Assembly (NCBI GenBank): GCA_003427395.1
Contig: BFEA01000035.1
Location: 2,668,008-2,732,007, forward strand
Reading direction: 5' to 3'
DNA: 64,000 nt
Source: Chara braunii
Lineage: Eukaryota > Plantae > Charophyceae
In this document: positions 23,319-35,000 of the stretch, one piece after another
How positions within the stretch are numbered: the stretch's first letter is position 1
How the letters are laid out: each line of letters starts with the position of its first letter
The notes under the pieces: generated by a model
Seen by the model: the letters and a program-made list of their open reading frames with translations, nothing else
Told to the model about the DNA's origin: nothing
Databases searched by the model: none
Translations under genes and position numbers: made by a program

Positions 23319-26300
23319 ATAAGAAGTGTCGCTCAGTTTCCGTGCTCGTCACAGAGGATGAGGAAGCCTACTACGAGCGGGAGAGAGGATTGATACGGCG
23401 TATGCGGGAGCACGCGTTGGCCGGGTCGTGTCGTATCAACGACGAGAATGAGGGGAAGCTGATAATTGGGGAGCCCGACTTCCTGTCGCCCCAGGAGAGA
23501 GCATTGATGGTGGGGCTGATGAAGAAAAGGCACCTCGCGTATGCGTTCAATGACGACAAGCGTGGGAGGCTGGATGTGGACAAGATCCCGATGATCCGGA
23601 TCCACACAGTCCCACACGAGCCATGGAATCTAAGGGGCGCACGGTACCCCAATCCGTACGAAGAGAAGATGGTGGTGGACTACTTGGATGGCAAAATGCG
23701 CACGCACGTCGCCGATTACTCCAGCGGACCGTATGCGTCGCCCTAGTTCTGCTTTATCAAGCCGAATGGGATGTTGCGATGGGTGCAGGACTTACAACGG
23801 TCAAATGTCGTGACAGTGCAGGATGCGGGGGGGTTGCCGAATGCGGACGCATTGTCAGAATCGTGCGCAGGGAGGCCTATAATCTCGCTTATAGACCTCT
23901 ACTCTGGGTACGACCAATTCCCCGATTACCCGCCAGACAGGCCCGTAACGGCGATGCACACACCCAGAGGGCTGATTCATATGAACGTGGCGCCTCAAGG
24001 TTGGACGAATGCAGTGGCGATGGTACAAAGACACATGATTAGAGTCATGCAGACGGTTAGTCCACATATCACCCAGCCCTACATCGATGACCTGGCGGTC
24101 AAAGGTCCAAAGGAGAAGAAGGAAAACGAAGTGATGCCTGGAGTGAGGCGCTTCGTTTGGAAGCATGTCCAGGTCATCGATCAGGTTCTGAGTTTATTGG
24201 AGTAACACAACCTGACGGCAAGCGGCCCCAAGTCGAAACATTTTATGAGGGAGGCCATGATTTTAGGCTTTGTCTGTAATGAGAGTGGGCGAAGGCCGGA
24301 TGTAAAGAAGACGGACAAAATCATTGAGTGGTCAGTGCCCTTCCGTTCGATAACAGATGTGAGGAGCTTCCTTGGGACATGCGGGTTTTGGAGGAGCTTC
24401 GTGAAGGACTTTGCCACGAAGACGGAGCATTTAAGGAAGTTGGTGCGTCAAGATCAGGAATGGGTCTGGGGCGAAGACCAGGAAGAGGCGGTCGGTAGGA
24501 TGAATGGAGAGTTTAAGGAAAGGGGCTTGGTATTGGGAGCGCCGAATTATAAGGCCATGGAGGAAAGACCATTCGTTATCGAGACGGACGCTGGGCCAAC
24601 TGCCTTGGGGGGAGTCCTGATTCAGGCAGATACTGAAGGGAAGGAGAGGCTGCTAAGGTTTGAAAGTCGTACCCTCAATACAACTGAGAGGAACTACTCT
24701 CAGTTCAAGAAGGAGACGCTGGCGGTACTTCACTGCCTAAGGACCTTCCGGAACTATGTTTTCGGCAGGAGGCTCATCTTGAGGGTGGACCCTACTGCAC
24801 TGGCATGTTCCCTGAAGAATTGTACTCCATCTGACACAACCGTCGCAAGATGGTTGACCTAAATTTGGATGTTTAATTTCGAGTTGGAAAGGATGCCAGG
24901 GAATTAGAACAGGGCAGATGGGTTAAGCCGCATCAACTGGGACGGGTCGGACCAGGAATCAATAGAAGACACCCCGCCAGTTGATGGGTTTTTGGATCAA
25001 GAGGAGGACGTCCGCCTTCACATAAATGAATGGTCCCTGCGAGTGCCCAGTTGCTTCTGTCACCCCATATGGCTAGCGCCAAAGGGGAACGAGCAAAGGG
25101 AGGAGTTGGTCCTCAAGCCCTTCTAGGAAGAGGATCCGTGGGGAGGCAAGGATGTCAGCTGGATGATGAAGTTGGCATTGGCAGGGAGGCACAGTCTGGT
25201 GGAGGAAGTGAGGACGATAGAGGAAGGCCCCACTCAGGTAGAGGAGCATGAACAGCTAATGGGAGGGATGTATCTGCTCACTAATACGCTCCTACAAGGA
25301 GACTCCAACCGGAGAGGCTCGTTCAGTCATGAGGAAAGTGAAAATCTAGTTCCTGAAAGTCAGGACGACGAATTCGAAGAGGGAGAGATCAAGGAGGCGT
25401 TTTGGGCGGAGGAGTATGATGGAATCTACCCGGAGTTGGGGTTGCTCCTATAATGTGAGATGAGGGATAAAGACGCAAGTGCCAAAGCGCAGAAGACGAG
25501 GCACCTCTACATAGTAAGAGATGGTCATCTGTTTATAAAGCGGCAAGTCGGAAATCCCAAAAGGATTGTGTGTGGGAGAAACCGGCAAATTGATATTATA
25601 GCGGCCCTACATGATGGTATAGCAGGAGGGCATAGAGGGATAGGTGCCACGTGCGAGAAGGTAGGCGACCATTGGGATGAGATGCTGACTATGGTCATCA
25701 AGTATTGCCAGTCTTGTGTACCTTGCCAGGAGAGGTCAGCGCAAAGGCCTGGGGAGCCCCTACACCCAAGGTTGGAGAGGGAAGTGGGTGCGGTCGTACA
25801 CCTGGACCTGTTATTCATGCCAGCAGGGGAGAATGGGTGTAACTATATCTTCGATGCACGAGATAACCTTACTGGGTTTGTGGACGGTCGAGCTATCCGA
25901 ACGAAAACTGGCCCAGTTTTGGCAAATTGCATCGAGGAGTACTACCTGCGCTATCCTTCTATCAAGGAGTTCGTGATGGATCGAGGATCAGAGTTTACCT
26001 GCAATGAGGTGCGAACTTTGCTTGCAGGGTATGGTGTAGTGGCTAACTATACTACGGTCGTGCATCCTCAAGCGAATGCACCCGTGGAGAGGGGGCACAG
26101 TACCATCACGGATCTCTTGGCTAAATGGACAGAGGGCAAGCATGGTCAGTAGTCGAAGTTCTTACAAGCGGCTTTCTTCGTGGAGAATGTTACTGTGAAG
26201 AGGACTACCAAGTATGCGTCAGCCACGCTATGGTACGGGAGGCACGCCACCTTTCCCATAGAAAGCTTTATGAAGACGTGGAGACGCCAGGACTTGGAGG

Positions 26301-26656
26301 TGAACCTATCCTTCGAAGAGCTGCTCAATATTCGGGCGCGGCAAGTGGAGGCGGCCGAGGAAAGATTGCGAAAGGCCGCTGGTCAGGTAGAGAGGAGCCG
26401 CATGGAAGATGAGATGAGGTGGGACCAGATGGCGCGAGTAAGGAAGGAGTCGTTGGCAGTGGGGGATGTTGTGTTACTGTACGACTTCTCTCTGGAGAAG
26501 CAATGGTCGAGGAAGCTTGACAAGAGATGGATGGACCCCTATAGAATCTTGCGATGTGGCGAATTTGGGGTCTATCAGATCGAGGAGCTGGACGGGACAG
26601 GCTGGCAAGATTGGGTGTCGGGGACCAGGTTGAAGAAGTTCGTGGTCAGGGAATAG
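23274..26656 (+). pseudogene. pol: RT, RNase H, integrase (several premature stops)
   Basis: IDLYSGYDQ, PQGWTN, PYIDD; IETDAGPTALGGVL; HDGIAGGH...CVPC; HLDL / MDRGSEF / VERGH. Stops at ~23744, 24203, 24860, 25451 and 26150. Confidence 0.93.
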
Positions 26657-26844
26657 GTAAAGATCACCACACCCTTCAGAATGAACTAGTCCTTGAGGTG
26701 TTGCATGTTATGGTCAGGTCAGGTGGGGGAGTAGGAAAGAGCATGTGTGTTATCATAAAGTTTGATGGACTGATGGCTAACCTTGTTTTGTGCCTGCTTG
26801 CCTTCTCTCGCCTGTTGTGCAGGTCTGACTTTTCGAAGACAGCC

Positions 26845-29726
26845 ATGCAGAGGGGCGGGAGGAGCGCGCGGCCACGACAGAGGCCTCAGGGAGCATTAGG
26901 AGGGGATGACTCGCGCAGACCGTTTGGGAGGGAGTCTACGCCTATCTTCAACGATGATAATATAGAGCTCTTTCTGGACTCCTACCAGGCACATGCGGCA
27001 CGGGAGGGCTGGTCTACCTTGGAGAGGATACGGCATCGAGGCTTTGACCTGGCGCTTTGAGGAGGATTGGGCGCTTTGAGGAGCCTATCGCCCATATTCG
27101 AGAGGAGGCTTTGACCTGGCGGGATGTAGAGGCGAGTATGCAGACGCTGAGGGCTTCGCCGTTGGGACGAGATGGGTTGCCTATTCGATTGGAGGAAGGC
27201 AATGTGGAGGAGTTCATCCCGGCCTATGAGCAGTATATGCACGATCAGGGGACAAGGCAGGAGGAGTGGATGCAGACATTGCCCCTCTGGACACGGAGCG
27301 CGGAGCGGCCACTAGCAAGGCAGATTCGGGACAGGGCGCGCGATTGGGAGGACTGTCAGGCTCAGTTGAGACAGGCATTTCGACGACTGGAGCCCGAGAG
27401 ACCAGAGACCAGGGTGGAGAGACGACAGAGGAGCAAGAGGCCACGGGATCCGGAGGCAAGAGGAGCTACTACGACCAGGGGAGGACGGAAGGCCTTGGCA
27501 CAGCGAGAGGAGCCAGTGGGACCCGCCCAGGCGGCGGAGCCAGTTCAGGTCGCAGGGCCGGCTCAGGTAGCGGAGCTACCCGCTACCCATGCACTTGAGC
27601 AGGTGGAGTTTCGCCGGATCACAGGCAGTGACCTACGGGACCCGTCACCGACCCTGCCAGAGGAAGGGGAAGCTGTACCGTTGAGGATGCCGCTCGACAG
27701 CCTGGAGGCCCATCTCGATGCATCCCAGTGGAGGACGTCGCAGCTAGGAGCGGGTCAGAGCGGACCAGCGTGGTACGAGCCAGCAGAGGATGAGACAGAG
27801 GCGGAGCCGCGTGGGTCAAAGGAGCCGCGGGCTGAGGGGGTTATTACTGTTGGGGACGATACCCCTCCTCCTATTCCGATTCCGAAGCAGGCGCGACCAT
27901 ATTGGCCTAAGGGGATTCCAGAGCCGGACAGTGAGGAGATGTCAGTACCTCCATCGGAAGCTACTACGCCACCTCCGACGCAGGCGGGGCCAGAAGAGAG
28001 CGAGAGGGTGAGGACATCTGCTACCGTGGCACCACAGCTAGCTGAGCATGCAGCTGAGCCCCTAGACACTGAGATGCCAGCATCCGAGGGGCCACCGCCA
28101 GGGTTGCCACACGTAGAGGAAGGGGTGAATGCAGGAGCTCCATCATGAGATGCCCGCGGGACACAAGCGGAGAGGCCACCACGAGAGATGGCGGAGGAGA
28201 AGTTTGCAAGAGTGCAGGTGCGTCTCGAGGAGATATACCAGGAGAAGGTTAGAATGGAGGTCGCAGGGGAAGCGCCAAAGCCACCAATCGACCCTCCGAC
28301 GAGCGAGCAAAGGATTGATGAGATTTGGGCCAGTTATGAGGGTAAGAGGGATGCTGCCCGCTTGAGATCGCGAGAGGCGGGGCAGGAGGACGGAAGGGTG
28401 GATGAGGCGCGAGAGACCGGGGACCTGGGGTTCTCAGCCACCAGGATGGCGATCGAGCGCGCAGATAGGAGGATACGCGAGGTGGCGGTCACGTCCTTCC
28501 AACGGTACTCCATGCTAAGTGATGAGTTGGCGGCCTCAAGGTTAGAGGTGGCGCAGTTGTCCACCCAGCTGGCGGAAGAGAGGGCAGAAAACCAAGCGTG
28601 GAGGGCCCGCATGGAAGCCAAGGAGGCGGAATGGGAGAAGAGGTTCCAGGACATGGCAGCGATGGTGGAGAGGCTCTCAGCCACTAAGGTGGTCGATTGG
28701 ACGGAGCAGAGCCGGTATGGTATCCAGGGGAAGGAGGTACAGGGGCTTTTTGGCCAGGAAGGGACGACAGAGCCACCTCAGCAAGGGGGAATGGGGAAGG
28801 TATTCCTGGATCCAACAGAGGTGGCAGCGAGGCGGGAGGCCGAAGAGGGGAGGTTCAACTTCAGGACTCCCACGGAGCTGGCCTCGCAACAGGCCACCCC
28901 TATGACGATTGAGATCTCTGAAGGCGAGCCGGCGCAGATACCCCGACCTCCAGTGGCGGAAGGAGGCCCCACGGAGAAGTCCCCTACGATCCTTTTGGAG
29001 GTGCAGGGGGGCACCCTCACAGGGGCAGCAGTGTCTGCGGAGCCTGAGGTGAGGGAGGGGGAGGCATCTTGTTTGGATGAGTTAGTGGCAGCTATGGAGC
29101 TGGAGATGCCATCAGGAGAGCCTCAGAGACAGGAGACCCCGGAGCGTGTGCCAGAGATGGGGGAGCTGAGGACGCAGTTAGGCTCTTGGGCTACTGGAGC
29201 TGACTCAGGAGAGCACATCTCCGAGCAGCATCAGGAGGTTATGAGCGAGTCAGCGACTGTCGTGATTCCCCAGCCTTATGACCTGCATAGGGACGAGGGG
29301 GCGACTGTGATGGGAGGGGTCGGCGAGGGTAGGCCACAGAGGTTGGATACTCCGGCGTACCAGCCTGAGGGAGGCGAGACGCGGGCAGGGCCGAACACCC
29401 CAATGTTGAAGGTGAGACCGGCAGAATCATGGAGTATGCCCCAGATCCACGAGATGAGCAGGGAGGCTAGCGAGACGCCGTCGTTGTCAAAATCCCAGAA
29501 GAAGAAGGGAAGGCGTCAGAGGAGGTCAGACGAACAGTGCTTCTTCTGCAAGCATGGCGTACATAGAGCCCTTGAGTGTTCAAAGTTCCTCAAAGACAAA
29601 GCCGTTGGGAAAGTGACAGAGGGTGGTGGGAGGATGTACGACAGACAGGGGCGAGTGGTAGAGCGGGCTCCAGATGGGGGTAGGGCACAGTTGTATAGGC
29701 AGAACCAGGAGGTTATGAGTGAGTAG
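26845..29726 (+). pseudogene. Additional sense ORF after integrase, Gag-like with C-terminal CCHC knuckle
   Basis: ATG in gccATGc context; PIFNDDNIELFLDSY and PIRLEEGNVEEFIPAY...WEDCQAQLRQAF segments; coiled coil; CFFCKHGVHRALEC. One frameshift (~27040) and one stop (28146). Confidence 0.75.
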
Positions 29727-31209
29727 GGGCTGGTCTGTCTATATGATAGTAGGATTAGAGTTCCACTATACGCAGAGGTCGGGTTAGGGATGTACATACT
29801 CTGAGTCGGTTGAGTGGATTCTAGGGGTGTGCACGTTTGAGTCCGCCGAGAGAGTCCTGTCTAGTTGTACATACATAGGTGGAGGACTTACCGAAATTGT
29901 GGGAATACAGAACTGGTGATATGGGATGGGGCGTAAGCCGAGCTGCGGTGTACGTGGGCTGGCGTGATGGCGGAGGTGGGTAGCCAGGAGGGGCAGTGGT
30001 GTCGAGAGTGTGTAGCGAACTGTGCACCTGGCCTCGTTCAGCAACAAAACTTAGGCAACGTTGCTCTCTCTATCAGCAAACGAGGGTGCAGTCAATTACG
30101 ATCCGCTACTATCTGTTGTAGACCGCGGCGTTCCTCGTTACCAAGGACGTCCAACACTGCTGCGTCCCTTGTAATCGTCCACTGGGCATAGACAGCTACT
30201 AACTGCAGTTGACTGGCTACGAGCTGTCTTCAAGTTACCTCGCTGCGGTGTTTGGGGTTGGAAAGGAGTACATGGTTGTGCTGGGCTAGTGAAGCTGCTG
30301 CGGTAGCACTAACTGCCGCTGCTGTGGGGGGCGCTACACTAGCTGCTGCTGATCCTGTTGACTGTGCGTAAGCTGCGGCTAACTATGTTAACAATGTTGT
30401 GTATTGCTGTTGGCCGCCCGAACTGTGGATGCGTCTGCGGACTGAGCACGAATTGCTGCATGCGCGCTGCACACTAGCCACTGCCTATTTGGTTGCTGCA
30501 CTCTGTTGTACGCTGTTGTTAGCTATTGCCAATTATTACGGCCGGCTATACAACGCCAGTAGATGAAGGAAAGGATTAGGGCTCGAGAAGGGAGACTAGT
30601 ATGGTGGTGTGGGAGTTCATCAGGGAAGTGATTTTGGCGGCATGACTAAGAGTTGAACAAACTCTTGCATCGACTGTCATTGCAGAGCCCTCTGGCGCTT
30701 CAAGGTATCAAGGCCCTCTCCTGCGAGTCTGAGAGCACCCCTCTTGTATCTGAGAGTTTCAAACTATCTGTTTCTGCCCTTCTTACTCTAAATCTAGTTC
30801 CTTGGTTCTGAGAGGAAGGCGGCAGGCGGGATCACAACCCGTAATCCGCGTCAAGGCCTCTGTGGGAGGTTTGCCCCACCGATTGCGGGAGCTCTGCCGG
30901 AGCCTAGGCGAGGCTCTGGAGGCAGGGAATTGGAAGGTAATCATTGCTCCCCCTCTATATGCCCTGGTATAACCCCTACTTGTACGTCTTGCTACGTTTG
31001 ACTGAGTATATTGTATGCACCCCTACTTTGACTTTGGTTCGATTGACAGGATATAACTCAGATTAAGTAAAGGGAATGTATGAGGAATCTCAGTTTCAGT
31101 TTTTGATTGCCTGAAAGCAGACTTGCTCAAAAAAAGGGGGGTTGCATCTGGGGGAAGGGTGGGTGAAAGGCGATTTTGCTTGAGCTTGGTAGGGTCCTAT
31201 GGGGTCAAG

Positions 31210-32010
31210 CATGTTCCATAAGATTGGATGGTCTGACCGCTGTGTTTTATTCTTTGAGCTGCATTGAGAATCAGACAAGTTCCATAAGATTGGATGGTCT
31301 GATTGCTCTGAACTGTGAGGGCTTGACTGTGGTTAACGTTTCAGGAGCCAAGCCTGTACCATAAGATTGGAGGGCTTGGTCGCCATGTTTTAGTTGGGGT
31401 TTGTTCTGTTTCATTTGTTTCTGAGCGAGGGGGTCTGAGCAAGTCCATAAGATTGGGCGGCCCAACCCCTTCCTATTTTATTCTGAGGGGGTAATCCTCG
31501 CTGAGGGCGAAGCATGTCCATAAGATTGGACGGCTTTGGACTCATGCTGCACACAGTTGGATCAGAGAGAAACGAACCTGGCAGAGGACCGGATATGTTC
31601 CATAAGATTGGATGGTCTGGCCCAATGCCCCGCACATGCTGGAACCCAAAAGGTTAAAATTTGGCTGTACTTTATATTATTATATCTATGAACAGGCTAG
31701 TCAGGCACGGGTTCCATAAGATTGGATGGTCTGGCTATAGCTTATCATGAAATGAAGAGAGGATAACTAAGAGTATAACTGAAGGTAACCTTAAGATGAA
31801 CGGCTCAGTCCTGCGACCAGCGTTTGAATACTAAGTTTAGAGAGGTATATATAATCTGGATATTAAACAATTCAGGGCGACTAAGCCTTGCTTCTGAGAT
31901 GAACGGCTTAGTCATATGCCCAAAAGAAGAGAGAAATAGTTGTGCAACCTGTTCGTGTATACTTGATGGATGAGTCAGGCATGTTCCATAAGATTGGATG
32001 GCCTGACTTT
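31210..32010 (+). repeat. Array of conserved core GTTCCATAAGATTGGATGGTCTG with variable spacers (8 clear plus 2 degenerate units)
   Basis: CCATAAGATTGG at 31216, 31282, 31359, 31445, 31518, 31600, 31714 and 31986; degenerate AGATGAACGGCT at ~31794 and ~31897. Confidence 0.9.
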
Positions 32011-35000
32011 ACGCCTTATGTAAGTTGGGTATAAATGGGTAACTTACTGAGAAGACACGAACTATTATTTGCTAAGTTGATTTGGGGCTGGTGAGAGTAC
32101 TTACCTTTGTGGTTTGGCATTGCGTGTGACTGAGCAAGATTACTACTTGATTTGAGTTTCAGGCTGACAGGTCGTTGCTTTAGAGGCTCGCTACGTGCTA
32201 GAGCGATAGGAGTTAGGTCGATCTTTGTATTTTTTTAGTTGACCTTACTCTACTTAGATCAATTATCGCATTTTCTGAGATTTTTTGTTATACTTGGCTT
32301 TGTATAAATTTTGGTAAGCTACTTTCTCTACGGAAAGTGCTGCCGAAATTTCTGCAAATCCGAGGAGTGAGTCAAATTTTGACTTTTCAAAGTTCAGTCT
32401 GTCTAAAGTTCATACACGACTTAGTAAAAATCTCAAAAGTTTCCTCTTCTAAAGGGAGTGCTGCCCAAATTTTTGCTAAATCAGGGAGTTAGACAAAATT
32501 GGACTTTGGAAAGTCAAAGACTATTTCTGGTTTTATGTTCGGGCTAATATAAATTCTGAAAAGGCACTTTTCCCACGGGAAGCGCCGCCGAAATTTTCTT
32601 GATTTAGAGGAGATAGATTATATTTTGACAGGTGGCGATTCTGGCGATCCACCCTGAATAGGGGAGATTCTGCCATTAGCCTACCTTTGTTTTGGGCGCT
32701 GGTGTAGAGGTAGGCTTAGACTTAGTTGGCACATAACTGTGAGTGAGAATGTGCTATGGAGATTCATCCTCCATGTGCTGATGATCTAGCTAGGCATCGA
32801 CCTGTCTTATGACACAGGCCTTTCTCGGACGTTGATTCAGGACTTGGACTAATTCAACTCGATCCTATAAGGATCGTCTGCTGTTATCACTGATAACAGG
32901 TCGGTCGTCGATTCGTCGGTCTACGGCTCAATTCCAACTCACTATCCATACCCAACCTAAAAGGCTTTAGCCCTAGTGACTTTATTATTTGTTGAGGGTT
33001 TTGCCCGGACTTTTATTGAATGGCCATTTAACAAAGGTACAGAGTATTTAATTATGGTTGGTTGGACAGGAGATTGGGGCTTGCATGGCTAAAGCGAAGG
33101 GTATGAGTGTGGGGATTGGTTGGGGTCCGTGTAGTGCGTGGTTTGTTGTTCGATTCTCTGATGTGATTGCAAGTAGGTCCTGTGGTTCGGATTTTGGATG
33201 GATTGTCTGCAATCCCATATATATGTACATATGGTCGTGAGGAGTCCCACTGTGCCTGTGAGAAGTGATCGTCGCAACTCTATCTCCTTTATGTGGGTAT
33301 GCTTGGGTGTATTTACGGTGGGTGTTCGCGAGGCCCAGGGGGGGGGCGTACTAAAGGCATACTCATAGGGTAAGACCGAGATGAGCACAAGGAAAGCTTC
33401 CCTTTTAGTCCTGCTGCTCCTTGGGGGCTTTCTTAGTCGGATGTTGGTCCTGGGTTGGGATTCAAGGTCCTTGTCCAGGACATTCCAAGCCCTAGGCCCT
33501 GCAGGGGAGAGACTCCCCCTCACGCAGAGCCTATTTGCGCTGCCCGTCGAGACACCCAACCCTGAAGGCGGGGATGTCGCGAGGGCCGAACAGCCGTTCA
33601 ATATCGTGAGGGGTAACCCCTCGCGATATATTCCTTCAGCCATTCAATATCCCATAGGCCGGAGTCGCGAGTACCGCGTACGATTGGCATCGGTGGTTGG
33701 TATAGGATTGGCCTGCGGCCGCGCGGCTTCATGTAAAAATCCTGCGCGCGATGCTTCGCCGTCCCAGCGTCTAAAAGTTATGGGATCGCGAGGCTCGCAC
33801 GTAGACGCAAACGTTTGGGATTATTGTAGGTCGCGGGCACCACCCCGAGGAAAGGGGGGGGTATCCTAAAGATCGTGACCCCTTCTGGAACAAAAGAATC
33901 CTCGGCCTATTCGTTTTTGCTTTTTAAGAGTTTTCATGGTTGGACGTTATAGTCCGTGGCAGCCGTCAAAGTCAAACCCCTTGACCTTTGCCCAAGCCTG
34001 GAGTAGGGCTTACCTCCAGGGCCGCAAGAAACGACTGTCACCACAGGTATGAACCTGTGTACCACCCGCTCTGCATAAGGTGCAGAAGAGGGTGTGTGGT
34101 CTCCAACCGCGCATGGCGGTTGTCCAGCGTCGAGAGATTAACCCTCTAGGTGCGTGTCAGCCGACACTTGAGTGTCGAACGCGACCCTCGAGGTTAACGA
34201 GGACCGCGCGAGTATGGGTACTACATAGTACGCCATCATTGCGACTGCTTGCGTACGTTTGCATTGCGAGTCGATATGAATTAGCCCTGCGTCCGCACGG
34301 TTTTATATCAAGGCTCGCGTGCGACGCCCATCCGATTTCCGCATCGGAAAGTTATGGGATGGTTACCGAGGGCTAGGAGCGTTGTCGCGTTGTTTGTGTT
34401 GTGTCGTTTCGTGTATATGTATGTGCGTTCTTTTGTGCGTTCGTAGAGTGGTGTGCGCATGGTGTGTGGGATGCGTCCTAGTCGACTGACGACGAGCCAC
34501 GCTTGGGACTTCAGCCCCCCCCAGATGTCGGTTCGCATGCGGGTCCGATAGGCGTATTACCGCGCGTGCCCCCTATGCTACAGCGAACGAGAAACGCCCT
34601 CGGTTGACCCACCTCTGCGATTGCAACCAAGTAGCTTTCGTACTGTGGACTGGTAGCTCGGCGGGGATATGCCCACCGAAGGGAGGTGACAGTTCCCGTA
34701 AGGTGGAGGTAAGATGTGCCTCGCGTAGGCCCTATCCTATCGTAGGGGCTCGCGAGAGGTATGGCTGGCGCACTCTGCCGGAGCAGCCTAAGGAAGCTTC
34801 ATTTTGCGTGTTCGTGTCGAGGTTGGTCCAACTCCTGCGTGACGTGGCCGAGAGGGTCCCGCGCTGCCATGTGCGGTGCCGAACCGATGCGCTCGCTATG
34901 TAGACCCCCTCTATGGCATGTATACAACGTTTCCTCCATAGAGTCCATATGACCGCTCTCCTCCCTATTTTAAACATGTTATTTTCAAAAGTGTTGTCCG

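Larger units (their letters stand above)
18957..34895 (+). mobile_element. Element B: Ty3/gypsy LTR retrotransposon (~15.9 kb, degenerate)
   Basis: TGTCG start, 5' LTR end CGACA at 19955, PBS, gag-PR-RT-RH-IN order, extra ORF, and 3' terminus ...ccgatgcgctcg. Boundaries are fixed by the interrupted LINE frame. Confidence 0.92.

Noticed and set aside
9311-32010. Calling the two core/spacer arrays true CRISPR loci
   Set aside because: Eukaryotic retrotransposon context, no cas genes, irregular spacer lengths and degenerate repeats; reported only as CRISPR-like architecture.
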